A stretch of DNA of 64,000 nt, taken from Octopus sinensis (lineage: Eukaryota). The notes under the pieces were generated by a model. The model was not told the origin of the DNA, did no database searches, and was given only the letters and a program-made list of their open reading frames with translations. The stretch covers positions 43,214,001-43,278,000 of the forward strand of contig NC_043009.1 of NCBI RefSeq assembly GCF_006345805.1, written 5' to 3'. Positions 49,591 through 63,385 of this stretch are shown in pieces. Position numbers and translations under genes: made by a program. How positions within the stretch are numbered: the first letter of the stretch is position 1; every line of letters starts with the position of its first letter.

Positions 49591-50544
49591 CAATTTTGGA
49601 TGCACAATGAGTATATAATCGTGCAATTGCTCACCCACTTCCCAATTCTCTTCTCAAGATATTTCTACTGCTCATCATCTCTCTAACTGCAGTATTCTGC
49701 TGCTGTAATTAAATGCGAGCAAAACCACTTATTTCACTAATTTTTCTTCAATGCCACTTACACTTCTTAGAAACTGGAACCTTTTCACCTGTTGTTTGTC
49801 CTTCATTCTTTATACTGTCCTCTCCACCCATATTTTACATTGATCACCCTAAACAATATACCATATTTTCCCATCTCCCTCTTCTCTCTCTCTCTTTTCA
49901 TGAATGCACATGCATTCTTTCATCCTCTCTCTTCCTTCCCATGTCTACTGTACCAGTGTTACTTTTTGACTGCTCTTCACCCCAGCCCCACCCTTTTTCT
50001 ACACTGTCAGTCATTTCCTGCCCTTCCACACCTTCTCCAACTCATATGTACCATAGGTCACTCGTTCACCCCCATATCCACCATTCACTTCTACATCTAC
50101 CCCTCAACCCTACCCAATTTCTACAGTTGTCACCTACTCTTCCCTACCTTCACATCTTATCCTCTCTCATAATTTGTTCTTCATTATATCCACCCCTAAA
50201 CCATTCCTCTTCTCTAACCCTCTCTGCCTTTCCCATACTTCTCTCACAAGTTCTACCCATTTACACACCCACTTCTCTTGTCCCCACACTCTTCTACTCT
50301 CCTCATACCTAGAAGCTCCACCCTAACGCCTCATCACTCCTATTTTAATTCTTTCCAGCCTCACCTTTGTCATTCACATCTTCTCTTCAATAATGTGAGT
50401 AGTCACATTATTGAAGAGATCATGTAGCTCATTTGTTCTGTTCTGAGCCCTTTTATCATACCTTAAACCCCTCATCTCTGAGCATAAAACTGTCTCCCTC
50501 TCTATTGTAACCCTACTCAAAAAGAATCATAGCTTTGCAAGCTG

Positions 50545-50790
50545 CAAGTTGGCCCCACTTGTGCTGGTACCATAAAAACAAAAAACAAAGCACCTAGTCC
50601 ACACTGTAAAGTGTTTGCCATTAGGAAGGGCATCAAGGTGTAGAGACAAAACCAAAGTAAATACTGGAGCATCCAAAAGGTCTTGATGCAGTTATCAAAC
50701 CTGTTGGATCCCTGTCAAAATCATCCAACACATGCTAGCATGGAACCGGGACATTAAATGATGATGATGATGATGATGATAATTGTGATG
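50545..50790 (+). mobile_element. Degenerate RTE-type 3' end with (GAT)n tail
   Basis: CATGCTAGCATGGAACCGGGACATTAAAT(GAT)n. Confidence 0.68.
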
Positions 50791-51089
50791 ATAATGAGGA
50801 TAATGATGATGATGATGATGATGATGATATATGTATATACATCTATCTACCTATCAATCTATCTATCTATCTACCTATTTACCTATCTCTCTCTCTCTCT
50901 CTCTCTCTCTCTTGCTTCTCTCTCTCTCTCTCTCTACATATATATATATATATATGTATACATACACACACACATGCACACACACAAGTATATTTACATA
51001 AGTGAATACATGTGCTTATATATATGTGTGTGTATGTATGTATGTATGTATGTATGTATATATCTATATGTATATATGTGTGTATATAT

Positions 51090-51135
<46 letters not shown>

Positions 51136-53347
51136 GTTTCGATGTATGTCTATTGATAGACAGACAGATGGATAGAGAGATAGATAGAGAGATAGATAGA
51201 GAGATAGATAGATAGACAGATAGATAGACAGATAGACAAAAAGTGTGTATGTGTACTATTTGTCATAGTAGATATGTACATATGTACATATGTATATATG
51301 TATATATGTATATATGTATTTATACGTGTACGTATGTATATACATACCATACGTATGTGCATGCCTGTCTGAATAGAAATATTTATACAGTCACCAAACA
51401 AAGACAGGAATATCATAAAGAGATTTCGATAGCTACACAAAACTATGGAATTATTGTGAATGGCAGCCTTGTTATTGTTTGACTTCTTTCAATATAATCT
51501 TCATTTCTGCAAACAGCATCCCAGCTATTCCCTGATTCCATGTTGTGGGATCCTTCCAACGCCATTGATTTCCACTGACATCCAGTGACAATGTTAAGAA
51601 CACTTGTTTCTTCCTTGATTTAGTGATGATTCATTGCCCATTGTGACGGCATTTTCCTTTCTTCTCCTTCCCATCATCATCATCATCCTCATCATCATCA
51701 ACATCATCATCATCATTTTCTTCTTTGTCTTCTTCAGTTTCTTTGTCTCCTTCATCCTATTGTGTTATTGTTATTATTAATATTGTTGTTGTTATTATTA
51801 TCATTATCATCATTGTTATTATTAATATTATTATTATTATTATTATTGCTATTGTTGTCATTATTATTATTACTATTGCTATTCTCCCTCTTCTTCTTCT
51901 TCTTCTTCTTCTTCTTCTTCTTCTTTCTTCTTCTTCTTCTTCTTCTTCTTCTTCTTCTTCTTCTTCTTCTTCGTCTTCTCCTTCTTCTTCTTCTTCTTCT
52001 TCTGTGGCATCCATTGTGCCAGCCCACTCTCCCCTTAACTGCAGCCACCTCAACACCAGCAACAACAACAACAACAACACCAACAACAACAACAACAACT
52101 GCAGCAACAACAACAATAATGCCGCTCGCCGCCTCCTGGCAGTCGAGTCACCAGCTTATCCTAGCAAGATATTATTCACTCAGTGACTCTGTGGATCATT
52201 GCAAATCCTTCCCCGCCCCCCCCACCACCTTAACCGCCCACCCGCCCACCCATCTCACACTCAGTCCATCACACACTCCACGCTCCACACTCCACACTCC
52301 ACTCCCTTACACTCTTTCACTCCATCACACTCACTCACTCAATCTAATACCCCCCACTCTTTCCCCCCCCCCCCACTACACATTTCATCCTCGTTCTTCT
52401 CTTGCCACTGCAAATATTTTACTCAACCCCCCTGCCAGCCTCTGCTCCCTCTTTGGTTATTGTTGCTGCCATTGCTGCCATTGCTATTGTTGTTGTTGTT
52501 GTTTTGTTCCCTGTCTCAATGCCATTGTAGCTCTCGGCCTATTCTATCAGGTTTCTCGTACTATTCAGCCATATGTCATCCCCTTGATTCCGCAAACCAA
52601 GTTTTGTTTTTTTTTGTGATTCCGCATCTCCAACTCAGCTTCTCGCATTCTCATCCTCTCCTGTGCTCTGTCCCTCATTCTCTGTCTGTCTGTCTGGCTG
52701 TCTATCCATCCATCTATCTATCTCTCTCTCTCTCTCTCTTTCTCTTTCACTTGTTAACTCAGTCACTCACTTACATATCCATTCAATCACTCCCTCACTC
52801 AATATCTCTGTCTCACTCACTCTCAACCACATACCTGCACACACACATACAACAATCTAAGCAACACACACGTATACACATGCATATATACATACACACA
52901 TATACAATACTCTGAGTAACTCACACATGTACATACACACACATGCACATATATACAATACTTTGTCTCTCATTCTCTATCTCTCTCTCTCTCTCTCGTT
53001 AACTCATTCATTCATTTACGTACTCTATCACTCGCTCACTCATTATCTCTGCCTCACTATACAATACTCAGAGTAACACATACATACACAACTCCTTGTC
53101 TTGTCCCTCAGCATATCCTCTGTCTCTCTTGACACACAGACTGAGCTGGCTCACTCACTCGCCTTCAACATTCCTTCTCAAGCTCACGCACTGAGCTTCC
53201 TCCTCTCACTCTCCCTCAACATATTGAGCCACTCCTCCCCTCACTCTCACTTTGCACATTGATCCTCTCTTCTCACTCTCCTTCAAAACACTCTTTCCCT
53301 TTCTCTCCCTTCAAACCACTGAACTGAGTGTCTTCTGTCCTAAACTT

Positions 53348-53395
<48 letters not shown>

Positions 53396-53535
53396 TTTCT
53401 TTTAAACACATACACATTGAGCATCTCCTCTCACTCTCACTACACTCTCTCAAACTTACACTGAACTGATCATCTGTTACTCACCCTCAACACATTGAGC
53501 TACTTCCCTCCCTCTTTTTTAACACACCCTCTCTC

Positions 53536-53588
<53 letters not shown>

Positions 53589-53595
53589 CATCATC

Positions 53596-53646
<51 letters not shown>

Positions 53647-53668
53647 AATTTATCTATCTATCTATCAG

Positions 53669-53706
<38 letters not shown>

Positions 53707-53718
53707 CATACTTAATAT

Positions 53719-53749
<31 letters not shown>

Positions 53750-53754
53750 CACAC

Positions 53755-53803
<49 letters not shown>

Positions 53804-54223
53804 TATATATACTACCCCCTTCCCTTCCTCCTGCTACGTAGTCTTTATCCCCGTCTCTTTACCTGAGTGAGAAAGATCAGTAAACAACTTTACCTGTTGT
53901 TAACCAACCAAACATTGTTTACCTCCTCCTCCTCTCCCTCCTGTCGCCTCCTCCTACCACTACTACTTTCCTTATCTTGGCTTTATCAAAGAAACTAGAA
54001 CTGAACAACAACAACAACAACAACAACAATGGCAGACAAGGTATTTAAACATTTCTGTATTCAGACATGTATGTGTGTGTGCGGGGTGGGGGTTTTTTGG
54101 TACTGGTGTGTTCATGTGTATGTGTATGTGTATGTGTATATATATGTATGTGTTTGTATATATGACAGTTAATGTGTCTTTATGTTTCTATATGTATGTG
54201 TATGCAATATATTCCTGTATGCA

Positions 54224-54263
<40 letters not shown>

Positions 54264-54570
54264 ATATGTGTGAGTGGATCTAGAGTGTATATGTGTGTGT
54301 GCATGCATGTGTGCGTGTGTGAGTACGTGTAGCATGTCAATGCATCTATTTCAATATTTTTGTATGTACATATATCAATATATGCCTCTGTGAGTGTGCA
54401 TGTGTGTGCGTGTGTGTGTGTGGTGTGTGTGTGTGTGTGTGAAAATGCTATTTTATTTTTACTATCTTCTTGTATTTTCATTTTTTTATTTCGAATTTTG
54501 TTTTTATTTCGCGTTTTCTCTGTACAAGATTGTCATAAACACTGCTGCACTGAATGTAGATAATAATAAC

Positions 54571-54631
<61 letters not shown>

Positions 54632-54654
54632 GTAATAATAATAATAATAATAGC

Positions 54655-54695
<41 letters not shown>

Positions 54696-55880
54696 CAACA
54701 ACAATAATAATAATAGTAATAATAATAATAATGATGATGATGATAATGATAGCACCAATAGAAGTAATATTAATAACAACAAGAGCAAGAACAGCGATGA
54801 CAATAATGATGATGATGACGATAATGACGATGATGATGATGATTATGACGACGACGACGACGACGATGATGATGACAATGATGATGATGATGGTGATGAT
54901 GATGATGATGATGATGATGATGTTGATGATGATGTTGATGATGATGATGATGATGATGATGACGATGATGGTGACGACGACAACGACAATGATGTGGAGG
55001 TGAAAGAGGAAAACAACTATGATGGTGACAATACTAACGATGTTGATGATCATGATGATAGTGATGGTGGCGGTGGTGATGATAATGACAATAATGATAC
55101 TATTGATGATAATAATATTAACAGTGCTAATAATAATGATGATGATGATGATAATGATGATAATAGTAGTATCCTGTTTGTTGCTGTCCCACCCCACCCA
55201 ACAGCATCCAAGTTCATTATCAGCTCCTCGCCTTTCCTCCCTCTTTCCATTTTCTTTTACCAATTATTGTTTTTCTGCATTATTTTCTTTTTGTTTTTTC
55301 TTTTTTGTCCTTCTTCTCTTGATCAATCATATTTCCTCTGTTTTCAACCATGGGGTTACGATTTTATCGTTTGGCCATTGCCGTCATCAGACGTATAAAT
55401 GTCACTCTCGTTGTCATCATCATCATCAAAATCATCACCACTATCATCATCTTCATCCTCATCACTATCGTTGCCCTCACCATCATCATCATCCTCAGTG
55501 ACCTCATCCTCATTGTCATCACCATTGTCATCATCATCATCATCATCATCATCATTGTCTTAATCCTCTCATCACAATCATTTTTATTATCATCATCAGC
55601 ATCATTGCTTTCATCATTATCATCATCTTCATCATCCTCGTTGTCATTATCATCATTGCCATCATCATCATTGTCATCATTGCCATTGACACCATCATTA
55701 TCATTATGGCCATCAACATGATCATAATAATCATCATCATCCTCATCATCATCATCATTATCATCATCAACATGAATGTCATAAGCATCATCATAGTCGT
55801 CATCATCATCATCATCCTTCTACTCCTCATCTCCCTCGTCCTCCTCCACCTCATCATCATCTTCATCATTTTCACCATAA
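50790..55880. repeat. Microsatellite field ((TA)n, (TTA)n, (TTC)n, (CT)n, (AAT)n, (GAT)n, (CAT)n)
   Basis: Read directly. Confidence 0.85.
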
Positions 55881-56021
55881 TCATCTTTATTATTATTAAG
55901 TTCATTATTGTCAATGCCTCTTCTGTCATTGACACATGTTCCACTTTAGGCATACTTTCTATGGCTAGAAGCCCTTCCTCTCAGCTAACCATTTTATGTT
56001 AAGGAGTTATCCCATGCAAGA

Positions 56022-56275
56022 TCATCATCATCATCGTTTAACGTCCGCTTTCCATGCTAGCATGGGTTGGACGATTTGACTGAGGACTGGTGAACCAGAT
56101 GGCTGCACCAGGCTCCAATCTGATCTGGCAGAGTTTCTACAGCTGAAAGCCCTTCCTAACACCAACCACTCAGAGAGTGTAGTGGGTGCTTTTATGTGTC
56201 ACCAGCATGAGGGCCAGTCAGGCGGTACTGGCAACAGCAATGCTCAAATGATGTTTTTTATGTGCCACCTGCACA
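56022..56275 (-). mobile_element. RTE-type 3' end, well preserved
   Basis: (CAT)nCGTTTAACGTCCGCTTTCCATGCTAGCATGGGTTGGACG.. aligns with 34823-34960. Confidence 0.82.
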
Positions 56276-57529
56276 GAGTTAACATGTGACATTATTGACC
56301 AAGGTTACCATGGTCTTTTCCGTAGGCTTTTCTTTCCATGGATAAACCTTATCTGCTTCCCCCTTTACACTTTACATCATGACACTTCTGTGATACACAA
56401 TCCCTATTGATCGTTTTTTATGTTTTTTTTCTCTTTCCAATTTTTCCAGGTTCATAGGATAAGGCTCAAGGTGGCTTTGTCATTCATACATGCCATCCTT
56501 GCTACATTCACCCATCTTTCTTTGAAACATTCGCTAGACAAACTTGCCTTTCTACTCCCACTTTCCTTTTCAAGTGATAAACATATATATATATATAAGG
56601 TCTTGGTAGGGAACAGTGGTGGGCTATTTCCAATGCAACAGTACTCAGCCAAAGCTTTGGAATACCAAGACTGTCTTATTGTCTTTTGATCTTTTTGATT
56701 CTGTTGCTAATTCTAAGCTGAAACCTTTTCTCACCCATCAATTGTAATTTGGTACTAGCGACCATGGGTTTACTCAACATTGTCCACTTCAACCCTTTTC
56801 TTCTTCATTTAACCTTTTCTTCTTCTTCTTCTTCTTCTTCCTCCTCCTCCTCCTCTTCTTCTTCTTCTTCCTCCTCCTCCACCTCCTCCTCCTCCTCTTC
56901 TTCTTCTTCTTCTTCTTCCTCCTCCCCCTCCTCCTCTTCTTCTTCCTCCTCCCCCTCCTTCTTCCTCTCCATCCACTTCTCACTCTTTTCTTCTTCTTCT
57001 TCTTCTTCTTCTTCATCTTCTTCCTCCTCCCCCTCCTCCACTTCTTCTTCCTCCACCTTCTCCTCCTCCTCTTCTTCTTCTGCATCTTCTGCCTCCTCCT
57101 CCTCCTCTTCTTCCTCTTCTTCTTCATCTTCTTCTTCTTCCTCCTCCTCCTCCTTCTTTCATTCCCTTTATTTACCTTTTTATTAATGCTTTCTTTCCTC
57201 CTGATATAAGCAAAAATCACAGTCAGGAAGATGCACAATGTAAGAGTTCACCTTTGATGCAGGTCTGAGGAAGTGCCACTCTAATGTTTAAAACCACAAG
57301 TATTATGTAAATTTTCCCTTTGAAGCTTTGCATGAACTGGCATTGAAAGCAAAGTTGGTGCAGAAACAAGTGCAACTGATCATTAAAGATGTGTTTAAGT
57401 CTTTCTTCATCTTCTTATCTGGATTATCTCTCTTTCTCTCTCTATATATATGTGTATATATAAAATATATATATATATGTATATTATATATATGATTATA
57501 ATATATAATATATAATATATTATATATAT

Positions 57530-57560
<31 letters not shown>

Positions 57561-57812
57561 CTTGATGTATGTGTATGTAGATATGGAGATAGATAGATAG
57601 AAAGATAGATAGATAGATAGATAGACAATTAAATAGACAGACATACAGTCAGATAGAGAGATAAATAAATAGATAGATACAATGAGGAGCTGGGAAAGAT
57701 AAATAAATATATATGTATTATATATATATGTGCATGCAAGCATGCTTGTAGTCTATAGATGCACATGCAAGTAAAAAGTATGTGTTGGTATATATGCATG
57801 TATATCTTTTTT

Positions 57813-58197
57813 ATACTTGTTTCAGTCATTTGACTGCAGCCATGCTGGAGCACCGCCTTTAGTCGAGCAAATTGACCCCAAGACTTTTTCTTTGGAAGCC
57901 TAGTACTTAGTCTATCGGTCTCTTTTGCCAAACTGCTAAGATACGGGGATGTAAACACACTACCATCGGTTGCCAAGCAATGTTGGGGGAACAAACACAG
58001 ACACACAAACATATATACACACATACATATATATATATATATACGACAGGCTTCTTTCAGTTTCGGCCAAATCCACTCACAAGGCTTTGGTCGGCTCAAG
58101 GCTATAGTAGAAGACACTTGCCCAAGGTGCCATGCAGTGGGACTGAACCCTGAACCATGTGGTTGGTAAGCAGGCTACTTACCACACAACCACTCCC
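57813..58197 (-). mobile_element. SINE family A
   Basis: Full-length alignment with 44945-45358. Confidence 0.9.
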
Positions 58198-58230
58198 ATA
58201 CCTATTCATATATATTCATGTATATTTGCT

Positions 58231-58342
58231 ACTCAGCTGGCAAAAAAATGAGTAGTATCTGTATTTCAAAGGGCCAGCCTTGTTCACAAGGCTTTGGTTG
58301 GCCCGAGGCTATAGTAGAAGACACTTGCCCAAGGTGCCACAC
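58231..58342. mobile_element. Fused fragments: plus-strand body D/tail 2 junction joined to a minus-strand family A piece
   Basis: ACTCAGCTGGCAAAAAAATGAGTAGTATCTGTATTTCAAAGGGCC, then TTCACAAGGCTTTGGTTGGCCCGAGGCTATAGTAGAAGACACTTGCCCAAGG. Confidence 0.65.
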
Positions 58343-58945
58343 TTTTATATATACATATATATCTGCATGCATGTATGCATGTTTACATGTATATATGCAT
58401 GGATATATATAAAATAAATAAGATGAGAACTCGTATATATTGTTGCTTCAACTTCTATTTTCTCTTCGAGGTTTTTTTTTTTGGTATTTTTTTGTCAAAA
58501 AAAAAAATTAGTCATGTTGCTGACGCTAGCATCAGAAACATCATATTGCAGATGATTCACATGAGTAGAGTCTGCATTATTTTGGCACACAATATTTCCA
58601 TCTCTACTCCCAGAACAATGCATAATGAAGAGAGAGATAGTTAACAATATTTCAATGACCTTAACATGTAACGTACACATTTATAATCAAACCTCCTTCA
58701 TTTTAACACTCTGTCTCGATTACAAGTTGTTTTTTGTGCTTCTGTTGGTTTCTTTTTTATATATATATTTTTGATTTATTTTATGCATTTCTTAAAAGGA
58801 TGCGCTACATTATACTAAGAATTAATCTCAAAAATTTTGAAGAAATCACTATCAGGTCTCTTTCCTAATTCAATTGTTATCGTCCAGATTTAACATTTTC
58901 TTCATATATTTCATTTTTATCATATTATTATTATCATTATTATTA

Positions 58946-59004
<59 letters not shown>

Positions 59005-59146
59005 CTTCTTCTTCTTCTTTTTCTTCTTCTTCTTCTTCTTCTTCTTCTTATATAATATTATTATTATTATTATTATTATCATTATTATTATTATTATTAT
59101 TATTATCATTATTATTATTATTATTATTATCACCATTATTATTATC

Positions 59147-59196
<50 letters not shown>

Positions 59197-59203
59197 TATT
59201 ATT

Positions 59204-59263
<60 letters not shown>

Positions 59264-59604
59264 TTATTTTATTATTATTATTATTATTACCTGTTTTGCA
59301 TTGCAGTATCGTTAAGTAGTGTAATTTTGTTTTTGGAAATTTCAAATTCAAATTGCAGTCCATAATGTTTTTTTTTCATATTTTTTTTTCACCCTTACAA
59401 TTTTTTTCTATTTTTTTTTTTTCTCTTATGTTTCTTTCCACAAGTGTGAATGTCTGTCGCCAAATGAATTTCAAAATGAATGTCTTTGCAATCTCTGTTT
59501 TGTGCTCTCACCTAGATATTTAATTGTGCATAGTGGAATGATACCGGTTCTACCATTTATTACAAGAGGCATTTTTGTTTCCTTTCTCTCTCACTCTCTC
59601 TCCC

Positions 59605-59657
<53 letters not shown>

Positions 59658-59695
59658 TATATATAATATATATATTTATATACATACATACATAT

Positions 59696-59727
<32 letters not shown>

Positions 59728-59760
59728 ATATATATACATATACATATATATAATATATAC

Positions 59761-59793
<33 letters not shown>

Positions 59794-60191
59794 ATCTATA
59801 TATCTGTATGTATGTATATATGTATGTATGTATGTGTATATAAGTATGTGTGTATACATAGCTCAGGGCAAATTTCTGAGCAGAGAATAAATTTTTGAAT
59901 TTTTGATATAATAATCATATTGATTTGATAATGCTAATATCAGTGTTATTTGAACAATGTAAAAGATAGTTTTAATATATTTTTTACAATTCCTACATTA
60001 CTATACACTCACACACACACACACACGCACACACTCACATACGCACATATATCACTGAGTGCATGTATAAATATATGTATTTATGTATGTATGTACGTAT
60101 GTATGTATGTACGTATGTATGTATGCATGCATGTATCTATCTATCTCTATCAGTCTATTTATGTATATACATATGTATGTATGTATGTATG

Positions 60192-60234
<43 letters not shown>

Positions 60235-60602
60235 TAGTCTATTTATGTATGTATATATGTATGTGTGTATGTATCTATGCATGTATGTGTATATATGTGT
60301 GTATGTATGTGCATGTATGTATGTATTTATGCATGTATGAATTTATGTGTGTACATAGATAGGTAAGTAGGTATGTTGTTAAGTATCTGTGTTTATGTCT
60401 GTGTGTGTATGTATATATGTATGTATGCATGTATGCATGTTTGCCTGTGTGTATGTATTCATGCATGTATGTATGTATGTATGTATTCATGTATGCATGT
60501 ATGTATTCATGTATGTATGTATGAATGTATGTATGTATGTGTGTGTGTATGTATTCATATATGTATGTATGTATGTATGTATGTGTGTGTATGTATGTAT
60601 GT

Positions 60603-60760
60603 ATAGGTGCAACGATGGCTGTGTGAATAAGAAGTTCAGTTTTCAGTCACATGGTTTCAGTATCAGTCTACACCATAGTATCTTGGTCAAGTATCTTCTA
60701 CTATGGCCTGGTACCAATAAAGCCTGGCAAGTGTATTTCATGACAGACTGAAAGAAGTCT
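60603..60760 (+). mobile_element. Highly degenerate family A SINE head
   Basis: ATGGCTGTGTG..TCTTGGTCAAGTATCTTCTACTAT..ACTGAAAGAAG parallels 10221-10370. Confidence 0.6.
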
Positions 60761-61180
60761 ATTGGGTGGATTGTACAAGATATTCAGACAGTGCAGGCTT
60801 GTCACACACTGTCTCATACTGATTCTGCCAGAGAATTACACTAAGGGTACATTCATCTATAGAATACGTGGCCTTGTACATATAAATTCAAGGGCAGTTA
60901 ATGCAGCAGGTCAAACAACTGAATCATTATTGTCAAAGATAGGAGATGCACCATCATGCTTATACAAATGCAATATATTTCAATTGGCATTATCTGCCAC
61001 TGACATCAGGTTTCCTCCGTTCTATGCAGGTGTCATATTTCTGCATCTATACTTGATTCCAGTCTGAGTTCTAGTATACATACATACATACATAAATATG
61101 ACACCTGGAAGTGATAATATAAAAGCAAATAACTGCAGCATAGTACAGGTATAAAAAAGGTAAATATCTCAGGTATATAT

Positions 61181-61366
61181 ATTATCAGAAAAGCCATTTC
61201 TATTCATTTTTACAAAAAAACATTCTATCTCTTTTTCTTATTCTACCATTATATAATAATAATATATATATATATATATACATAGTAGAATAAGAAAAAG
61301 AGATAGAATGTTTCGGTACAACATTATATATTTGTAAAAATGAATAGAAATGGCTTTTCTGATAAT
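61181..61366. repeat. Inverted repeat with perfect 36-bp and 29-bp blocks around a (TA)n centre
   Basis: 61181-61216 pairs with 61331-61366; 61218-61246 pairs with 61285-61313; the right arm carries extra sequence between the blocks. Confidence 0.88.
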
Positions 61367-61627
61367 TTTTCCTACTTCAAAAATTAAATGTTCATGTAAC
61401 TTATGAACATCTAATTATGCAGAGTAGATAAAACAGGGACAACTGATGAAGGGAATGTTCTTTATGTTGCATATCTTGTTTCTCTGTTTGTTTGTTTTAC
61501 ATTGTTTGAAAAAAATTCTGTTTTTGTTTTTATGTTCTCGTTTCTCATTCTTTTTTGATGTCTTGTACCCATAGATGCATATATTTATGTATTATTTATA
61601 CACATACACACACACACAGATAATATA

Positions 61628-61663
<36 letters not shown>

Positions 61664-62721
61664 TGTATGTATGTATGTATGTATGTATGTATATCTGAGG
61701 GGCCAGAGTGGATCTTCAAAGTATCAGTTGGGTAGAAATGAGTGAGGTGAGAACTGAGTGGGAAAGTAGGGAATGTCTGACAGCATGGAACAGCAAAATA
61801 GTAATGATGACATAGTAAACAGGAGGATGAAGGAAAGAGAGAGATTATATGGTTTTGGGAGAGTTGCAGGAGTGCATGGTGAAGAGAAAGGCAAATATAG
61901 AAAATACGTATAGCTCTATTAGTAAAAATAACAAAGGCACCAATAATAATAGCACTGATACAAACATGAGCTTCTGTTGTTATCTCCCTTGCCAATGTCA
62001 AATGGTTCACAAAATTTATACTTTGTAAACAAGACACTAAATAATCTTAAAATTCTGCAATATTTCATAAACAGAATTTAAAATCTTTATAGAAATAAAT
62101 GGTTTTATAACCATCCATGACAGGGCGCTTACTAGATCAACACAGAATTTCCAGCCTTCCAAATTATAGTCAAACTCACCTAGAATAGTGGCTCTTAAGG
62201 TAAAGTGTGTGTCCCATCTTTGGAGTTTGGGTTACTTTAGAGTGGGGCATAAGTAAGTAACAAGTGGACAGAAGTTGCAATAAAGTTTTAATTAAAACTT
62301 CTTTTGAATATGTGTATGTGCTTGTGTGTACGTATACACACACACACATATATATATGTACATACATATATACACTCATACACGTACACATATATATGTT
62401 AAAAATATTCCACACAAGTTGTAACAAGGAAAATAAAAAATTAATATCTCTTTTACGCTTCAGTTAATAAATTTGAAAGCATATTATTACTACTGTCAAA
62501 CTGCTTCAAAATACAATTATATATTGAAAAACAAATTATTGTAATCAAATTATTTCAAAATACCTTATTACATATTGCAAAATATCATGTATCCAAAATA
62601 TATTACTACAATCAAATCATTTCAACATCACATATTTCAGAATACATTTATGTATTCAAATAATTTCAAAATATATTATTAAACACTCCAAAGTACATTA
62701 TTACAAACCGGTTTCACTTTT

Positions 62722-62821
62722 NNNNNNNNNNNNNNNNNNNNNNNNNNNNNNNNNNNNNNNNNNNNNNNNNNNNNNNNNNNNNNNNNNNNNNNNNNNNNNN
62801 NNNNNNNNNNNNNNNNNNNNN
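62722..62821. other. Assembly gap (100 N)
   Basis: Exactly 100 Ns, a typical placeholder for a gap of unknown size. Confidence 0.98.
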
Positions 62822-63254
62822 ATTTATATAGACATATATATATAACAATATATATATATATAATATATATATCTAATATATATATGTATGTATATAAGTG
62901 TGTGTGTATACATGTAGACATTATACGCACATATATAGATACATATACGTATATGTATCTCTATACATATATATGTGTGTGTGTATACATGTATACACAC
63001 ACATATATAAATACATATATGTATATGCATATAAGTACCTATATATATATGTGTGTGTGTGCATACATATACACATATATATGTGCATCTGTATAATCTG
63101 TATATATATCTATCTCTTTATATGTATGTGAGTGTATCAGTATGCATTATATATATATGTATGTAAGTATGTATGTATGTATGTATGTATGTATGTATGT
63201 ATGAATGTATATATACACACACACACACACACATACACACACACATATATATAT

Positions 63255-63385
63255 ATCCAGCCGTAGAAACATTGCCAGATCAGACTGGGCCTGGTGCAGC
63301 CTTCTGGCTTCCCAGACCCCAGTTGAACCGTCCAACCCATGCTAGCATGGAAAACGGACGTTGAACGATGATGATGATGATGATA
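63255..63385 (+). mobile_element. 5'-truncated RTE-type 3' end with (GAT)n tail
   Basis: AACCCATGCTAGCATGGAAAACGGACGTTGAAC(GAT)n. Confidence 0.8.

Noticed and set aside
51590-51645. Minus-strand MGNESS.. myristoylation-like start
   Set aside because: It stops after 15 codons and has no credible donor site.
57292-57440. Protein-like frame FPFEALHELALKAKLVQKQVQLIIKDVF
   Set aside because: An in-frame stop lies immediately upstream, there is no good acceptor or donor, and I recognise no homology.
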